Of a stretch of 64,000 nucleotides of DNA, positions 1-9,874 are shown piece by piece. The position numbers were made by a program, and so were the translations under genes. The DNA is from an uncultured Alphaproteobacteria bacterium (GTDB taxonomy: Bacteria > Pseudomonadota > Alphaproteobacteria > CACIAM-22H2), in assembly GCA_963748455.1 (NCBI GenBank), contig CAVVJD010000014.1, positions 232,139 to 296,138 of the forward strand, read 5' to 3'. Positions within the stretch are counted from its first letter, which is position 1; each line of letters begins with the position of its first letter. The notes beneath the pieces were generated by a model. It had not been told where the DNA came from and did no database searches. It saw only the letters and a list, made by a program, of their open reading frames with translations.

Positions 1-554
1 AGGCGCCGAACACGCCATCGACCGCAAGGACCAGCGAAGGCCAGGCGCCGCAGCCAACTCACGACAGCGCCGTTCGCGGCACATCGTTCAGCGATGCGCT
101 TAACGCCGCGCGCGGCTCGCGCGCCAGCGCCAATCCGCTGGTGGCCCAGGTCGTGGTGCAGGTGACCAAGGCCGTCTCGGATGGCAATGATCGCATCACC
201 ATCAAATTGTCGCCCGCCGATCTCGGCCGCATCGATGTGCGCCTCGACATCGGCAGCGACGGCAAGATCCAGGCCGTGTTCGCCGCCGACAAGCCGCAGA
301 CCGTCGAAATGTTGCAGCGTGACGCGCGCGAGCTCGAACGGGCCCTGCAGGAGGCCGGCCTGCGCGCCAACTCCGGTAGCCTCAGCTTCAATCTCCGCGG
401 CGAGCAGCAGCAGCGCGACGGCGATGCCTCGTCGTTCGCCGGCGGCCGCCCGGGCCCGGGTGACGTCGATGCGCTGGCCGAGGTGCCGCCCGCCACCGCC
501 CAGATCTATTCCGCCACGACGGCCGGCAACGGCCGGCTCGACATCCATGTCTGA
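1..554 (+). CDS. fliK: flagellar hook-length control protein FliK (5' end outside window)
   Basis: Frame is open from the window edge; FliK C-terminal motif ITIKLSPADLGRIDVRLD...LQRDARELERALQEAGL...LSFNL; ends GRLDIHV. Confidence 0.9.
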   Translation, partial: APNTPSTARTSEGQAPQPTHDSAVRGTSFSDALNAARGSRASANPLVAQVVVQVTKAVSDGNDRITIKLSPADLGRIDVRLDIGSDGKIQAVFAADKPQTVEMLQRDARELERALQEAGLRANSGSLSFNLRGEQQQRDGDASSFAGGRPGPGDVDALAEVPPATAQIYSATTAGNGRLDIHV

Positions 555-625
555 CCGAATTTCCACCCATGTGAAGGCGACAGAAACGTCGCCGCCCCGA
601 CAGATCATTCGAAGGAGAGCGTAAG

Positions 626-2021
626 ATGAGTCTCTATGGTGCGTTGCTTGCCGGCGTTTCAGGCCTCAAGGCCCAGGCGCAGTCGCTGGCGACCGTTTCG
701 GACAATATCGCCAACGTCAATACGATCGGCTACAAGCGCACGGTCTCCCAGTTCTCGACACTGGTGACCGGCGCGGGCAGCGATAGCTCATATTCGCCGG
801 GCGGTCTGCGCGCCTCGCCGACCTCGCTTGTCGATCAGCAGGGCGTGCTCAACGCCTCGACCCGCGCCACGGACGTCTCGATCCTCGGCAACGGCTTCTT
901 CGTCGTCAACGTCGAATCCGACGGCGGCGGCGAGACGCTCTACACGCGCGCGGGCGCGTTCAGCGAAGACAATGCCGGTAATCTGCGCAATTCCGCGGGC
1001 TACTACCTGCAGGGCTGGGAGCTTGACCAGCAGGGCAATATCGTTGACGTCAACACGATCGGCACGGTCGCCGTCGGCACGCTCAACGGCGTTGCCGTCG
1101 ACACCACGACCGTCCAGATCGGCGCCAATCTCAACTCCGACCAGACGCCAACGGCCTACACGCCGGCGGCCTGGCTGGCAGATCCGACAGCCGGCGCCAA
1201 CACGCCGGCCGAAGATGCGGCCGCCAACATCGTGACGCCGAACTTCGAGCGCCAGATCAAGGTATTCGAACTCGCTCGGCACGCCGCATAACCTGACCAT
1301 CAGCTTCAACAAGCTGACGACCACCAACACCTGGGGCTTCGCGATTTCCGCCGAAACACCGGCCGATGTCACGCTGCCAATGGGTACGACGACTGTCGCC
1401 GGCGGCCTGCTCGCCTTCGGCACGATGACGTTCAACGGCGACGGCTCGCTCAATGCGGTGGATTTCCGCTCCGAAACGCCTGGCGTGGCCACCAACGACA
1501 CCGCGCAGACCGTCGAGATCACCTGGGCGAACGGCGCCACGGCGAGCGCCATCACGTTCGACCTCGGCACTGCCGGCGCGCTCGGCACCGGCCGCACCGA
1601 TGGCGTCACGCAGTTCTCTTCCGACAACTCCATCGCCTTCATCAACCAGGACGGCGCGGAAGTCGGCTTGCGAACGGGCGTGTCGATCGACAAAGACGGC
1701 TACGTGATCGCCGCGTTCAGCAACGGCGCCACGCAGCGCATCTACAAGCTGCCGATCGCGACGTTCTCCAACCCCAACGATCTCGAGGCGCGTAACGGCA
1801 ACGCTTATGCGCAGACCGACGCCTCGGGCGAGTTCAACTTACGCGAGGCCAACACCGGCGGTGCCGGTCGCGTCGAGCCGTCATCGCTCGAGGGTTCGAA
1901 CGTCGATCTCTCGGAGGAGTTCACCACGATGATCGTCACGCAGCGGGCTTATTCGGCCAGCGCCAAGACGATCACCACGGCCGACGAGATGCTCGACGAG
2001 CTGCTGCGGATCAAGCGCTAA
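626..2021 (+). CDS. flgE: flagellar hook protein FlgE (copy 1); +1 indel at ~1269
   Basis: N-terminal SDNIANVNTIGYK, YTRAGAF, C-terminal LEGSNVDLSEEFTTMIVTQRAY; removing one A at 1268-1273 restores VFDSLGTPH and joins ORFs 626-1291 and 1380-2021. Confidence 0.92.
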
Positions 2022-2038
2022 GCGCATTTGGTAATCGC

Positions 2039-2070
2039 CTTCCGTCCGGGTCTTAACGCCCGGACGGAAG
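2039..2070 (+). promoter_or_regulatory. 12-bp perfect hairpin between the two flgE genes, no U-tract
   Basis: CTTCCGTCCGGG-8 nt-CCCGGACGGAAG. Confidence 0.6.
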
Positions 2071-2094
2071 ACAGCGAAGGAAGCGGAACCGACC

Positions 2095-3270
2095 ATGAGT
2101 CTGACGGGCGCATTCAACACCAGCGTTGCCGGCCTGTTCGCCTATTCCGAGGCGATGTCGACGATTTCGCAGAACATCGCGAATCAGCGCACGCCGGGCT
2201 ACAAGCGCGTCGAAACCGACTTTGCCACGGTATTGGGCGGCGTCGACATCAACCCGCACGAGCCCGGCGGCGTACGCGCGCTCACCAAGCAGATTGTCGA
2301 CGTTCAAGGCACCATCGAAACCACGGGTCGTGCGTTCGACCTGGCGATCAACGGCCAGGGCATGTTCGTCTACAGCAGCGAACTCACCGGCAGCGGCGAT
2401 CTGACATACTCGCGCGCCGGCAACATGACCAAGGTCGTGCCCGACAACATTCCGAACACTGGCTTCCTGGGCAATGAGGCCGGCGAGTATCTGATGGGCT
2501 GGCAAGCCGATCAGAACGGCAATTTCAACTATGGCGACGAAAGTACGTTGGTCGCCATCCCGGCGACCAGCGAAGATCCGTTCCCTGGCCTGGGGACCAC
2601 GACGGCGACCTTGTCGGCCGTGCTGCCGGCCAGCGGCACGAACGGCGGTACGCAGATCCTCTATTACGACGCATCTGGCGCTGCCCAGACCCTCAATCTC
2701 AACTGGACCAAGACCGGCGCCAATGTCTGGCAGCTCGACGTCACGGATCTGAACGGAGCGCCAGTCGCCGCGTTTACCCAATCCTTTGACGGGCTGGGCA
2801 ACCTGACCTCGGCCGATTCGCTGACCATCGGCGGTTTCACGCTGGATGTGTCGAATATCTCGCAGTTCGGCACGACCTTCTTCCGCAACGACTACCAGCA
2901 GGACGGTCTCGCCCAGGGCGAGTTCATCCGCTACAACATCGCGGAAGACGGCAAGGTCTACGGGTTCTTCAGCAGCGGCGCCGTCAAGCCGCTCTTCCAG
3001 ATCGCCATCGCGACCTTTGCCAACCCGAATTACCTCCAGGAACTGCCGGGCAACCGGTACGTGACGAGCGACCGCTCGGGCGACGCGACCCTGCGCCAGC
3101 CGGGCGACGATTTCGCATCGCTGGTGACGGAATCGGTCGAAATGTCGAACTTCGATCTGGCCGACGGCTTCTCGAAAATGATCATCACGCAGCGAGCCTA
3201 CGACACGGCCGCGCACGTGTTGCGCACCAGCGACGAAATGACTCAAGTCATCCGCGATCTGAAGCGGTAG
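2095..3270 (+). CDS. flgE: flagellar hook protein FlgE-like paralogue (copy 2)
   Basis: SQNIANQRTPGYKR, DLAINGQGMF, YSRAG, VEMSNFDLADGFSKMIITQRAY; 391 aa is hook-sized rather than FlgF/G-sized. Confidence 0.85.
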   Translation: MSLTGAFNTSVAGLFAYSEAMSTISQNIANQRTPGYKRVETDFATVLGGVDINPHEPGGVRALTKQIVDVQGTIETTGRAFDLAINGQGMFVYSSELTGSGDLTYSRAGNMTKVVPDNIPNTGFLGNEAGEYLMGWQADQNGNFNYGDESTLVAIPATSEDPFPGLGTTTATLSAVLPASGTNGGTQILYYDASGAAQTLNLNWTKTGANVWQLDVTDLNGAPVAAFTQSFDGLGNLTSADSLTIGGFTLDVSNISQFGTTFFRNDYQQDGLAQGEFIRYNIAEDGKVYGFFSSGAVKPLFQIAIATFANPNYLQELPGNRYVTSDRSGDATLRQPGDDFASLVTESVEMSNFDLADGFSKMIITQRAYDTAAHVLRTSDEMTQVIRDLKR

Positions 3271-3343
3271 GCGAAGGTCTTAATAGACGCGTGCAAACAT
3301 ATGATTTAGCACAACAAAAATCGTCGAAAATTCAGCGCATCGC

Positions 3344-3358
3344 TTAGGGCTTTTTTAA
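3344..3358 (+). promoter_or_regulatory. CtrA-box-like site upstream of sciP
   Basis: TTAG-N7-TTAA in AT-rich intergenic DNA; sciP is a known CtrA target in alphaproteobacteria. Confidence 0.6.
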
Positions 3359-3383
3359 ACCGCAGCCGCATAAAATCCACATC

Positions 3384-3743
3384 ATGACAACGCATTCCAC
3401 ATCGGAAAAACCACCGCTGCCCGAGAACGAGACCGGCCAGGTCGTGCGTCTGTTCGACGACGAATCCGATCCGACCACGCTCGACGGCCTGCCGCCCCCA
3501 GAAACCAAGCGCTGGGTGATCCGGCGCAAGGCCGCCGTGGTCGGCGCGGTACGCGCGGGCATGCTGACGCTCGAGGAAGCGTGCACGCGTTATCATCTCT
3601 CGGTTGAGGAATTCCTGTCCTGGCAGCGCCTGATCGACCGCCATGGTCTGCAGGGCCTGCGCGCGACACGTCTGCAGGATTACCGCCATCCCAAGACGGG
3701 CCAGCCGGCGCCGCGCGGCACCGCCTCGGGCTCCGGGACCTGA
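3384..3743 (+). CDS. sciP: CtrA inhibitor SciP (DUF1153 family)
   Basis: LPPPETKRWVIRRKAAVV...LTLEEACTRYHLSVEEFLSWQRLIDRHGLQGLRATRLQDYR; typical position before fliF. Confidence 0.92.
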   Translation: MTTHSTSEKPPLPENETGQVVRLFDDESDPTTLDGLPPPETKRWVIRRKAAVVGAVRAGMLTLEEACTRYHLSVEEFLSWQRLIDRHGLQGLRATRLQDYRHPKTGQPAPRGTASGSGT

Positions 3744-3800
3744 CCGGCAAAATTTTCCGGTCCCCCGGCAATTTCTTCCACATCTTAACGGTCCGTTCAC
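3744..3800 (+). promoter_or_regulatory. fliF promoter region: two ftr-like (FlbD) elements plus CtrA box
   Basis: CCGGCAAAATTTTCCGG (3744-3760), CCGGCAATTTCTTCC (3765-3779), TTAA-N7-TTCA (3785-3799). Confidence 0.6.
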
Positions 3801-3893
3801 CGGCCCCCCTCTAGCCTGAATGGGTTCGGGGCGATCCATGTGCTTAGCGGTGCATGGCAGCGCCCAGAATCCGTCCAGACAGAGGTATGACGC

Positions 3894-5546
3894 GTGAACG
3901 GCATTTTAGACAATTTCAGGCAACTCGGCCCGATGAAGCTGGCGCTCCTGGGCGTCGTCATGATCGGTCTTGTCGCCTTCTTCATGTTCTTCGCCCAACG
4001 GCTGTCGACCCCCAACATGGGGCTGCTCTTCAGCGAGCTCTCGCCGCAGGATTCCGGCCAGATCGTCGCCAAGCTCGAAGCCCAGGCAATCCCGTTCGAG
4101 CTCAAGGCCGGCGGCGCGCAGATCTGGGTCCCCAACGATAAGGCGCTTCGCCTGCGCATGAGCTTCGCCGAGCAGGGCCTGCCGCGCGGCGGCTCGGTCG
4201 GTTACGAAATCTTCGACAAGTCCGACGTCATCGGCGCCACGAATTTCCTCCAGAACCTAAATCAGCTGCGCGCCCTCGAAGGGGAGCTGTCGCGCACGAT
4301 CGGGTCGCTGGGGCCGATCAGCAACGCCCGCGTCCACCTGGTGGTGCCGCGGCGCGAGTTGTTCAACCGCGACAAGCAGGAGCCGACCGCGTCCGTCGTG
4401 CTCAAGATGCGCGACTCCGGCCGCCTGCCGCGCGCCCAGGTGCAGGCGATCCAGCATTTGGTCGCCGCCGCCGTGCCGGCGCTGCGACCGGGCCGTGTTT
4501 CCATCATCGACGACCGCGGCACGCTGCTGGCCCGCGGCCAGGGCGACGGCGACGAGACCGCGAGCCTTGCCGCAACATCCGAAGAGGCGCGCAGCAATCA
4601 CGAGCGCCGCATTGCGCGCAACATCGAGGATATCCTCGAGCGCACGCTGGGGCCGGGCAAGGTCCGCGCCGAGGTGGCCGTCGAACTGGATTTCGACCGC
4701 ATCGTCACCAACACCGAAAGCTTCGATCCCGACGGCCAAGTCGTGCGCTCGACGCAAAACGTCACCGAATCCTCGGATTCGTCGGAGACTGGTGCAAGCA
4801 ACGGCGTCTCCGTCGCCGGCAACCTGCCCGAGGGCGAGACGGCGGGCTCCGGCAGCCGCAACAACGCCCGCACCGCGCGCAACGAAGAGACGGTCAATTA
4901 CGAAATCACCAAGATCACCAAGAGCCATGTGCGCGAGACCGGCGTCGTGCGCCGGTTGTCGGTTGCCGTCATCGTCGATGGCGTCAACGCGCCCGCGGCC
5001 GATGGCAAGCGCGCCTACACGGCACGCGCGCCCGAGGAGATGGAGCGCATCACAGCACTCGTGCGCTCCGCCATCGGCTTCGATGAGAAGCGCGGCGATA
5101 AGCTCGAAGTCGCCAACCTGCCCTTCGCCACCGTCGACGTGCCGGACTCCGCCCCGGCGGCGCCGACCATGTTCGACTTCAGCAAGCAGGAATATTTCCG
5201 CATGGCGGAGCTCGCCGTGCTGTCGATCGTCGCGATCCTGGTGATCTTGCTGGTGGCGCGCCCGATCCTGTCGCACGCGTTGACCCCCGTCCCGCCGGCA
5301 CTGCGCGATCAGTCGCAGGGCATGCCGGCATTGCCGCCGGGCGTGCCCCAGGCGGCGCTCGCCCCGCCTTCCGGCGGCGGCGGCGGTGGCAGCCTTCCCG
5401 ATGCCAGCAATCAGGAAATGATCGATCTCGATCGCGTCGAGGGCCGAGTCAAGGCGTCGTCGATCAAGAAGGTCGGCGAGATCGTCGAGAAGCACCCTGA
5501 AGAAGCCGTCGCGATCGTGCGCAACTGGATGTACCAGGAAACGTAA
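3894..5546 (+). CDS. fliF: flagellar MS-ring protein FliF
   Basis: GLPRGGSVGYEIFD, RALEGELSRTI, ARVHLVVP, two TM segments, C-terminal AVAIVRNWM. Confidence 0.97.
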   Translation: MNGILDNFRQLGPMKLALLGVVMIGLVAFFMFFAQRLSTPNMGLLFSELSPQDSGQIVAKLEAQAIPFELKAGGAQIWVPNDKALRLRMSFAEQGLPRGGSVGYEIFDKSDVIGATNFLQNLNQLRALEGELSRTIGSLGPISNARVHLVVPRRELFNRDKQEPTASVVLKMRDSGRLPRAQVQAIQHLVAAAVPALRPGRVSIIDDRGTLLARGQGDGDETASLAATSEEARSNHERRIARNIEDILERTLGPGKVRAEVAVELDFDRIVTNTESFDPDGQVVRSTQNVTESSDSSETGASNGVSVAGNLPEGETAGSGSRNNARTARNEETVNYEITKITKSHVRETGVVRRLSVAVIVDGVNAPAADGKRAYTARAPEEMERITALVRSAIGFDEKRGDKLEVANLPFATVDVPDSAPAAPTMFDFSKQEYFRMAELAVLSIVAILVILLVARPILSHALTPVPPALRDQSQGMPALPPGVPQAALAPPSGGGGGGSLPDASNQEMIDLDRVEGRVKASSIKKVGEIVEKHPEEAVAIVRNWMYQET

Positions 5547-5563
5547 GAGCGGACTGACCTTCC

Positions 5564-6583
5564 ATGCGGGTACGTGAAGACTACCGGACACTGACGGGCC
5601 CTGAAAAGGCCGCGATCCTCATGCTCTCGCTCGGCGAGGATCATGCGGCGCGCCTGTTCACGCTCATGGATGACGAGGAGATCAAGGAACTCTCCTCGAC
5701 CATGGCCAATCTCGGCACGGTCAATTCATCGATCATCGAACGCCTGTTCGTCGATTTCGCCGACCAGATCTCGGCGACGGGCTCGTTGATCGGCTCCTAC
5801 AATTCGACCGAGCGCCTGCTGCAGAAGGTTCTGGGCAAGGACCGCGTCGACAACATCATGGAGGAAATCCGGGGTCCCGCCGGCCGCACGATGTGGGACA
5901 AGCTCGGCAACGTCAACGAGGCCGTGCTCGCCAATTACCTGAAGAACGAATACCCGCAGACCGTCGCGGTCGTGATGTCCAAGATCAAGCCCGAGCACGC
6001 GGCGCGCGTTCTGGGCCAGCTGCCCGAGACCTTCGCGATGGAAGTCATCATGCGCATGCTGCGCATGGAGGCGGTGCAGAAGGAAGTCCTGGACGACGTC
6101 GAGCGCACGCTGCGCTCCGAGTTCATGAGCAACCTCGCGCGCACCAACCGCCGCGATTCGCACGAGATGATGGCGGAGATCTTCAACAATCTCGACCGCC
6201 AGACCGAGAACCGCTTCATCACGGCGCTGGAAGAGCGCAACCGCAATTCGGCCGAGCGCATCAAGGCGCTGATGTTCACCTTCGAGGATCTGAACCGCCT
6301 CGACCCCGGCGGCATCCAGACGCTGCTGCGCAATGTCGACAAGTCCAAGCTCGCCATCGCGCTCAAGGGTGCGACCGAGCCGCTGCGCGACCAGTTCCTC
6401 ACCAACATGTCGGAACGCGCCGGCAAGCTGCTCAAGGAAGAGATGCAGCAGATGGGCCCCGTGCGCCTCAAGGATGTCGACGAGGCGCAAGTCTACATGG
6501 TCAATCTCGCCAAGGAACTCGCCGCCAAGGACGAGATCCTGATCGCCGACAAGCGCGGCGGCGAAGACGAGCTGGTGTACTGA
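5564..6583 (+). CDS. fliG: flagellar motor switch protein FliG
   Basis: [44 protein letters not shown]. Confidence 0.97.
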   Translation: MRVREDYRTLTGPEKAAILMLSLGEDHAARLFTLMDDEEIKELSSTMANLGTVNSSIIERLFVDFADQISATGSLIGSYNSTERLLQKVLGKDRVDNIMEEIRGPAGRTMWDKLGNVNEAVLANYLKNEYPQTVAVVMSKIKPEHAARVLGQLPETFAMEVIMRMLRMEAVQKEVLDDVERTLRSEFMSNLARTNRRDSHEMMAEIFNNLDRQTENRFITALEERNRNSAERIKALMFTFEDLNRLDPGGIQTLLRNVDKSKLAIALKGATEPLRDQFLTNMSERAGKLLKEEMQQMGPVRLKDVDEAQVYMVNLAKELAAKDEILIADKRGGEDELVY

Positions 6584-6584
6584 C

Positions 6585-7233
6585 ATGGGCGCCATCAGCA
6601 AATTCATGTTCGAGCAGAGCTTCGACGGCGCCACTCAGGCGCCGGCGGTGAAGCCGCGCAAGAACTACACGCCCGCCGAATACGATGCTGCCGTTGCCGC
6701 CGCGCGCGAGGAAGGCCACGAGGCCGGCCGCGCCGAGGCCGTCGGCGAGGCCGAACAAGTCGCGGCGATCGCGCTCAAGGCCGCGGGCGAGCAGCTCAAG
6801 GCGCTGATGGCCGCGGCACAGGAGCGTCAGGAGGCGCTGACGCAGGAGATGGCGAAGGCCGTGGCGACGATGGCACGCAAGCTGCTGCCCGCCTTCGCGC
6901 GCAAGCACGGCGTTGCCGAGATCGAAGGATTGGTCGCCGAGTGCCTGGGCCGCCTGCATGAAGAGCCGCGCATCGTGGTGCGCGTCAATGACGAGGTTCT
7001 CGATCCGGTGCGCCAGCGCCTCGACGCGCTTGCCGCCACGCTGGGCTTTGCCGGGCGCTTCGTGCTGCTCGCCGCCGACGACATCGTCCCGGGCGATGCC
7101 CGCGTCGAGTGGGCCGATGGCGGCGTCGAACGCGATACGGCACGCGGCTGGCAGGAAATCGAAACCGCCGTTCGAGAAATTCATCGACGAAGGGCCGGCG
7201 CGCGACGCTCCGGTCCAGACACAGGAGAAGTAA
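6585..7233 (+). CDS. fliH: flagellar assembly protein FliH/FlbE; indel near 7177
   Basis: KFMFEQSFD N-terminus, AxxxG repeats, EPRIVVRV, GDARVEWADGGVERD; true C-terminus ends at TAA 7231-7233 in the adjacent frame. Confidence 0.85.
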
Positions 7234-7583
7234 ATGGCCGACGAAAATCTCGACCTCAACCAGCTCGACGCGCAAGCCGCGGCGAGCCCGGTCCGGACGG
7301 CGCGGCGGGTGCCGCCGCCGACAACAAGGTGCGCACGGCGAAGGACCTCGAGGCGGTCTACGACATCCCCGTCCAGGTCTCGGCCGTGCTCGGTCGCGCG
7401 ACGATGCAGGTGAGCCAGTTGCTCAAGCTGGGTCGCGGCGCCGTCGTCGAGCTCGACCGCAAGGTCGGCGAGGCGATCGACATCTACGTCAACAACCGCC
7501 TGGTCGCGCGCGGCGAAGTCGTCGTCGTCGATGAGCGCCTGGGCGTGACCATGACCGAAATCGTCAAGGCCGAGCGCTCCTAA
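7234..7583 (+). CDS. fliN: flagellar motor switch protein FliN; indel near 7280-7300
   Basis: AGGAGAAG RBS then ATG at 7234 (MADENLDL); DIPVQVSAVLGRATMQVSQLLKLGRGAVVELDRKVGEAIDIYVNNRLVARGEVVV. Confidence 0.93.
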
Positions 7584-7609
7584 ACGCACGACTTCCGAAA
7601 GACAACACC

Positions 7610-8476
7610 ATGGCACGCCCCGCTTCCGATCTCGCCCGCCGCGCCCAATCCGGCACCACCGCCGGCGCCCTGCGCCGCCCCGTGCCGCCCCTGACGGTGC
7701 GCTCGCGCCTCGACTTCGCGACCTTATTCGGTCTGTGTGGCGGATTGTTTCTCGTCGCCGTGGGCATCGCGCTCGGCGGCGAATTCAAAGCCTTCGTCGA
7801 TCTGCCCGCGATCCTGATCGTGTTCGGCGGCACGATTGCCGCCACCACGATCTGCTTCTCGATCCGCGAGGTGTTCGGGACGCAGCGCGTGATCCTCAAG
7901 ACCTTCCTGCGCCGGGTCGCCGACCCGGAACTGGCCGCGCTGCAGCTCATCCAGCTGGCCGTGCGCGCGCGCACCGACGGCGCGCTCTCGCTCGAGAGCG
8001 AGCTCGGCCGTCTGCGCGGCGCGCCCTTCCTGCAGCAAGGCATCGCCATGGTCGTCGATTCGACGCCGGTCGACGAGATCGAGCGCGCGCTGCGCCGCGA
8101 GCTCCACGCCATCCAGACCCGCCACGCTCGGTCGACCGCGGTGCTGCGCAAGGCCGCGGAAATCGCCCCGGCGATGGGCCTGATCGGCACGCTGATCGGC
8201 CTCGTGCAGATGCTGAGCCATCTCGATGATCCGGCCAGCATCGGCCCCGGCATGGCGGTGGCGCTGATCACGACCTTCTACGGCGCCATCCTGGCGACGC
8301 TGGTCCTGTCGCCGCTGGCCGCCAAGCTGGAGCGCAATTCCCATGACGAGATCGTGCTCAACCAGCTCTTCCTGATCGGCTGCGTGTCGATCGCGCGGCA
8401 GGAAAACCCGCGCCGCCTTGAAGTGCAGCTCAACGCGCTGCTGCCGCCCGCGCAGCGCATCAATGCATTCGACTGA
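7610..8476 (+). CDS. motA: flagellar stator protein MotA/PomA family
   Basis: Four TM segments, APAMGLIGTLIGLVQML, MAVALITTFYG, ENPRRL. Confidence 0.9.
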   Translation: MARPASDLARRAQSGTTAGALRRPVPPLTVRSRLDFATLFGLCGGLFLVAVGIALGGEFKAFVDLPAILIVFGGTIAATTICFSIREVFGTQRVILKTFLRRVADPELAALQLIQLAVRARTDGALSLESELGRLRGAPFLQQGIAMVVDSTPVDEIERALRRELHAIQTRHARSTAVLRKAAEIAPAMGLIGTLIGLVQMLSHLDDPASIGPGMAVALITTFYGAILATLVLSPLAAKLERNSHDEIVLNQLFLIGCVSIARQENPRRLEVQLNALLPPAQRINAFD

Positions 8477-8500
8477 TTACGTAGGTCCTGGAGAACAGTT

Positions 8501-9853
8501 ATGCGTCTGCTGATTATCGGAACCCTGAACGGTCAGGTCACAACGGCGGCCAAGATCGCGATGGCCCGCGGCGCCTCCGTCGCGCAGGTCGACACCGTCG
8601 ACGCCGGCCTTGCCAATCTGCGCGCCGGCCACGGCGCCGATCTGGTGATGATCGATGTCGTGCTCGACATCCGCAAGCTGGTCGATGCGCTGCGCAATGA
8701 GCGCATCCATGTGCCGGTGGTCGCCTGCGGCATCGAAGCCGACGCCGCCGCCGCCGTGCGCGCCATCAAGTCCGGCGCCAAGGAATACATCCCGCTGCCG
8801 CCGGATGCGGAGCTGATCGCCGCGGTGCTCGCGGCCGTCACCGAGGAAACCAGCGCCATCGTCTCGCGCGACCCCGCGATGAGCGGCGTGCTGCGCATGG
8901 CCGACCAGATCGCCGCCAGCGACGCCAGCGTGCTGATCTGCGGCGAATCCGGCACCGGCAAGGAGCTGCTCGCCCGCTACCTCCATCGCAAGAGCCGGCG
9001 CGCCGGCCAGACCATGGTCTCCGTCAATTGCGCCGCGATCCCCGACAATCTGCTGGAATCGGAATTGTTCGGCCACGAGAAGGGTGCCTTCACCGGCGCC
9101 GTCGCGCGGCGCGTCGGCAAGTTCGAGGAGGCCAACGGCGGCACGCTGCTTCTCGATGAGATCAGCGAGATGGATCTGCGCCTGCAGGCGAAGCTGCTGC
9201 GTGCCCTCCAGGAGCGCGAGATCGACCGCGTCGGCGGCACCACGCCGATCAAGGTCGATATCCGCGTGCTGGCGACCACCAACCGCAATCTCGAGAGCGA
9301 AGTCCGCGCGGGCCGCTTCCGCGAGGATCTCTATTACCGCCTCAATGTCGTGACGCTGCAGCTGCCGCCCTTGCGCGAGCGGCCCAACGACATCGACGTG
9401 CTGTCCGATCATTTCATCCGCAAATATGCCGAGGCGAACGGCGTGCCGGCGCGGCCCATCGCCGCGGCGACGCGCGAATTGCTGCGCGCCCATGCGTGGC
9501 GCGGCAACGTGCGCGAGCTCGAGAACACCATGCATCGCGCGGTGCTGCTGGCAAGGGGCGAGCAGATCGGACCCGAGGCGATCCTGCTGACCGGCAATCT
9601 GCGCGAAGACCCCGCCCCTGCCGCCGCCAATGGCGCTGCCGGTGCGGCCGCGTCCAAGGCCGGGCTGGTCGGGCGCACGGTCGCCGATGTCGAGCGCGAC
9701 CTGATCCTCGATACGCTGCAGCACTGCCTGGGCAACCGCACGCACGCGGCCAACATCCTCGGCATCTCGATCCGCACGCTGCGCAACAAGTTGAAGCTTT
9801 ACGCCGAAGGCGGCGGCCCGGTGCCGCGCGACGGCGAACGGGCCTCGGCTTAA
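8501..9853 (+). CDS. flbD: sigma-54-dependent flagellar activator FlbD
   Basis: REC-like N-terminus, GESGTGKE, GAFTGA, WRGNVRELEN, C-terminal HTH NRTHAANILGISIRTLRNKL. Confidence 0.93.
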   Translation: MRLLIIGTLNGQVTTAAKIAMARGASVAQVDTVDAGLANLRAGHGADLVMIDVVLDIRKLVDALRNERIHVPVVACGIEADAAAAVRAIKSGAKEYIPLPPDAELIAAVLAAVTEETSAIVSRDPAMSGVLRMADQIAASDASVLICGESGTGKELLARYLHRKSRRAGQTMVSVNCAAIPDNLLESELFGHEKGAFTGAVARRVGKFEEANGGTLLLDEISEMDLRLQAKLLRALQEREIDRVGGTTPIKVDIRVLATTNRNLESEVRAGRFREDLYYRLNVVTLQLPPLRERPNDIDVLSDHFIRKYAEANGVPARPIAAATRELLRAHAWRGNVRELENTMHRAVLLARGEQIGPEAILLTGNLREDPAPAAANGAAGAAASKAGLVGRTVADVERDLILDTLQHCLGNRTHAANILGISIRTLRNKLKLYAEGGGPVPRDGERASA

Positions 9854-9874
9854 CCCCAAGGATCAAACGCCACC

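Noticed and set aside
6585-7583. Apparent FliH-FliN fusion (332-aa ORF)
   Set aside because: A stop (7231-7233), an RBS and an ATG (7234) lie between the domains in another frame; two compensating indels create the fusion.
7610-8476. motA without motB as a novelty
   Set aside because: A lone motA between fliN and flbD is, to my knowledge, a usual arrangement in this group; motB is probably elsewhere.
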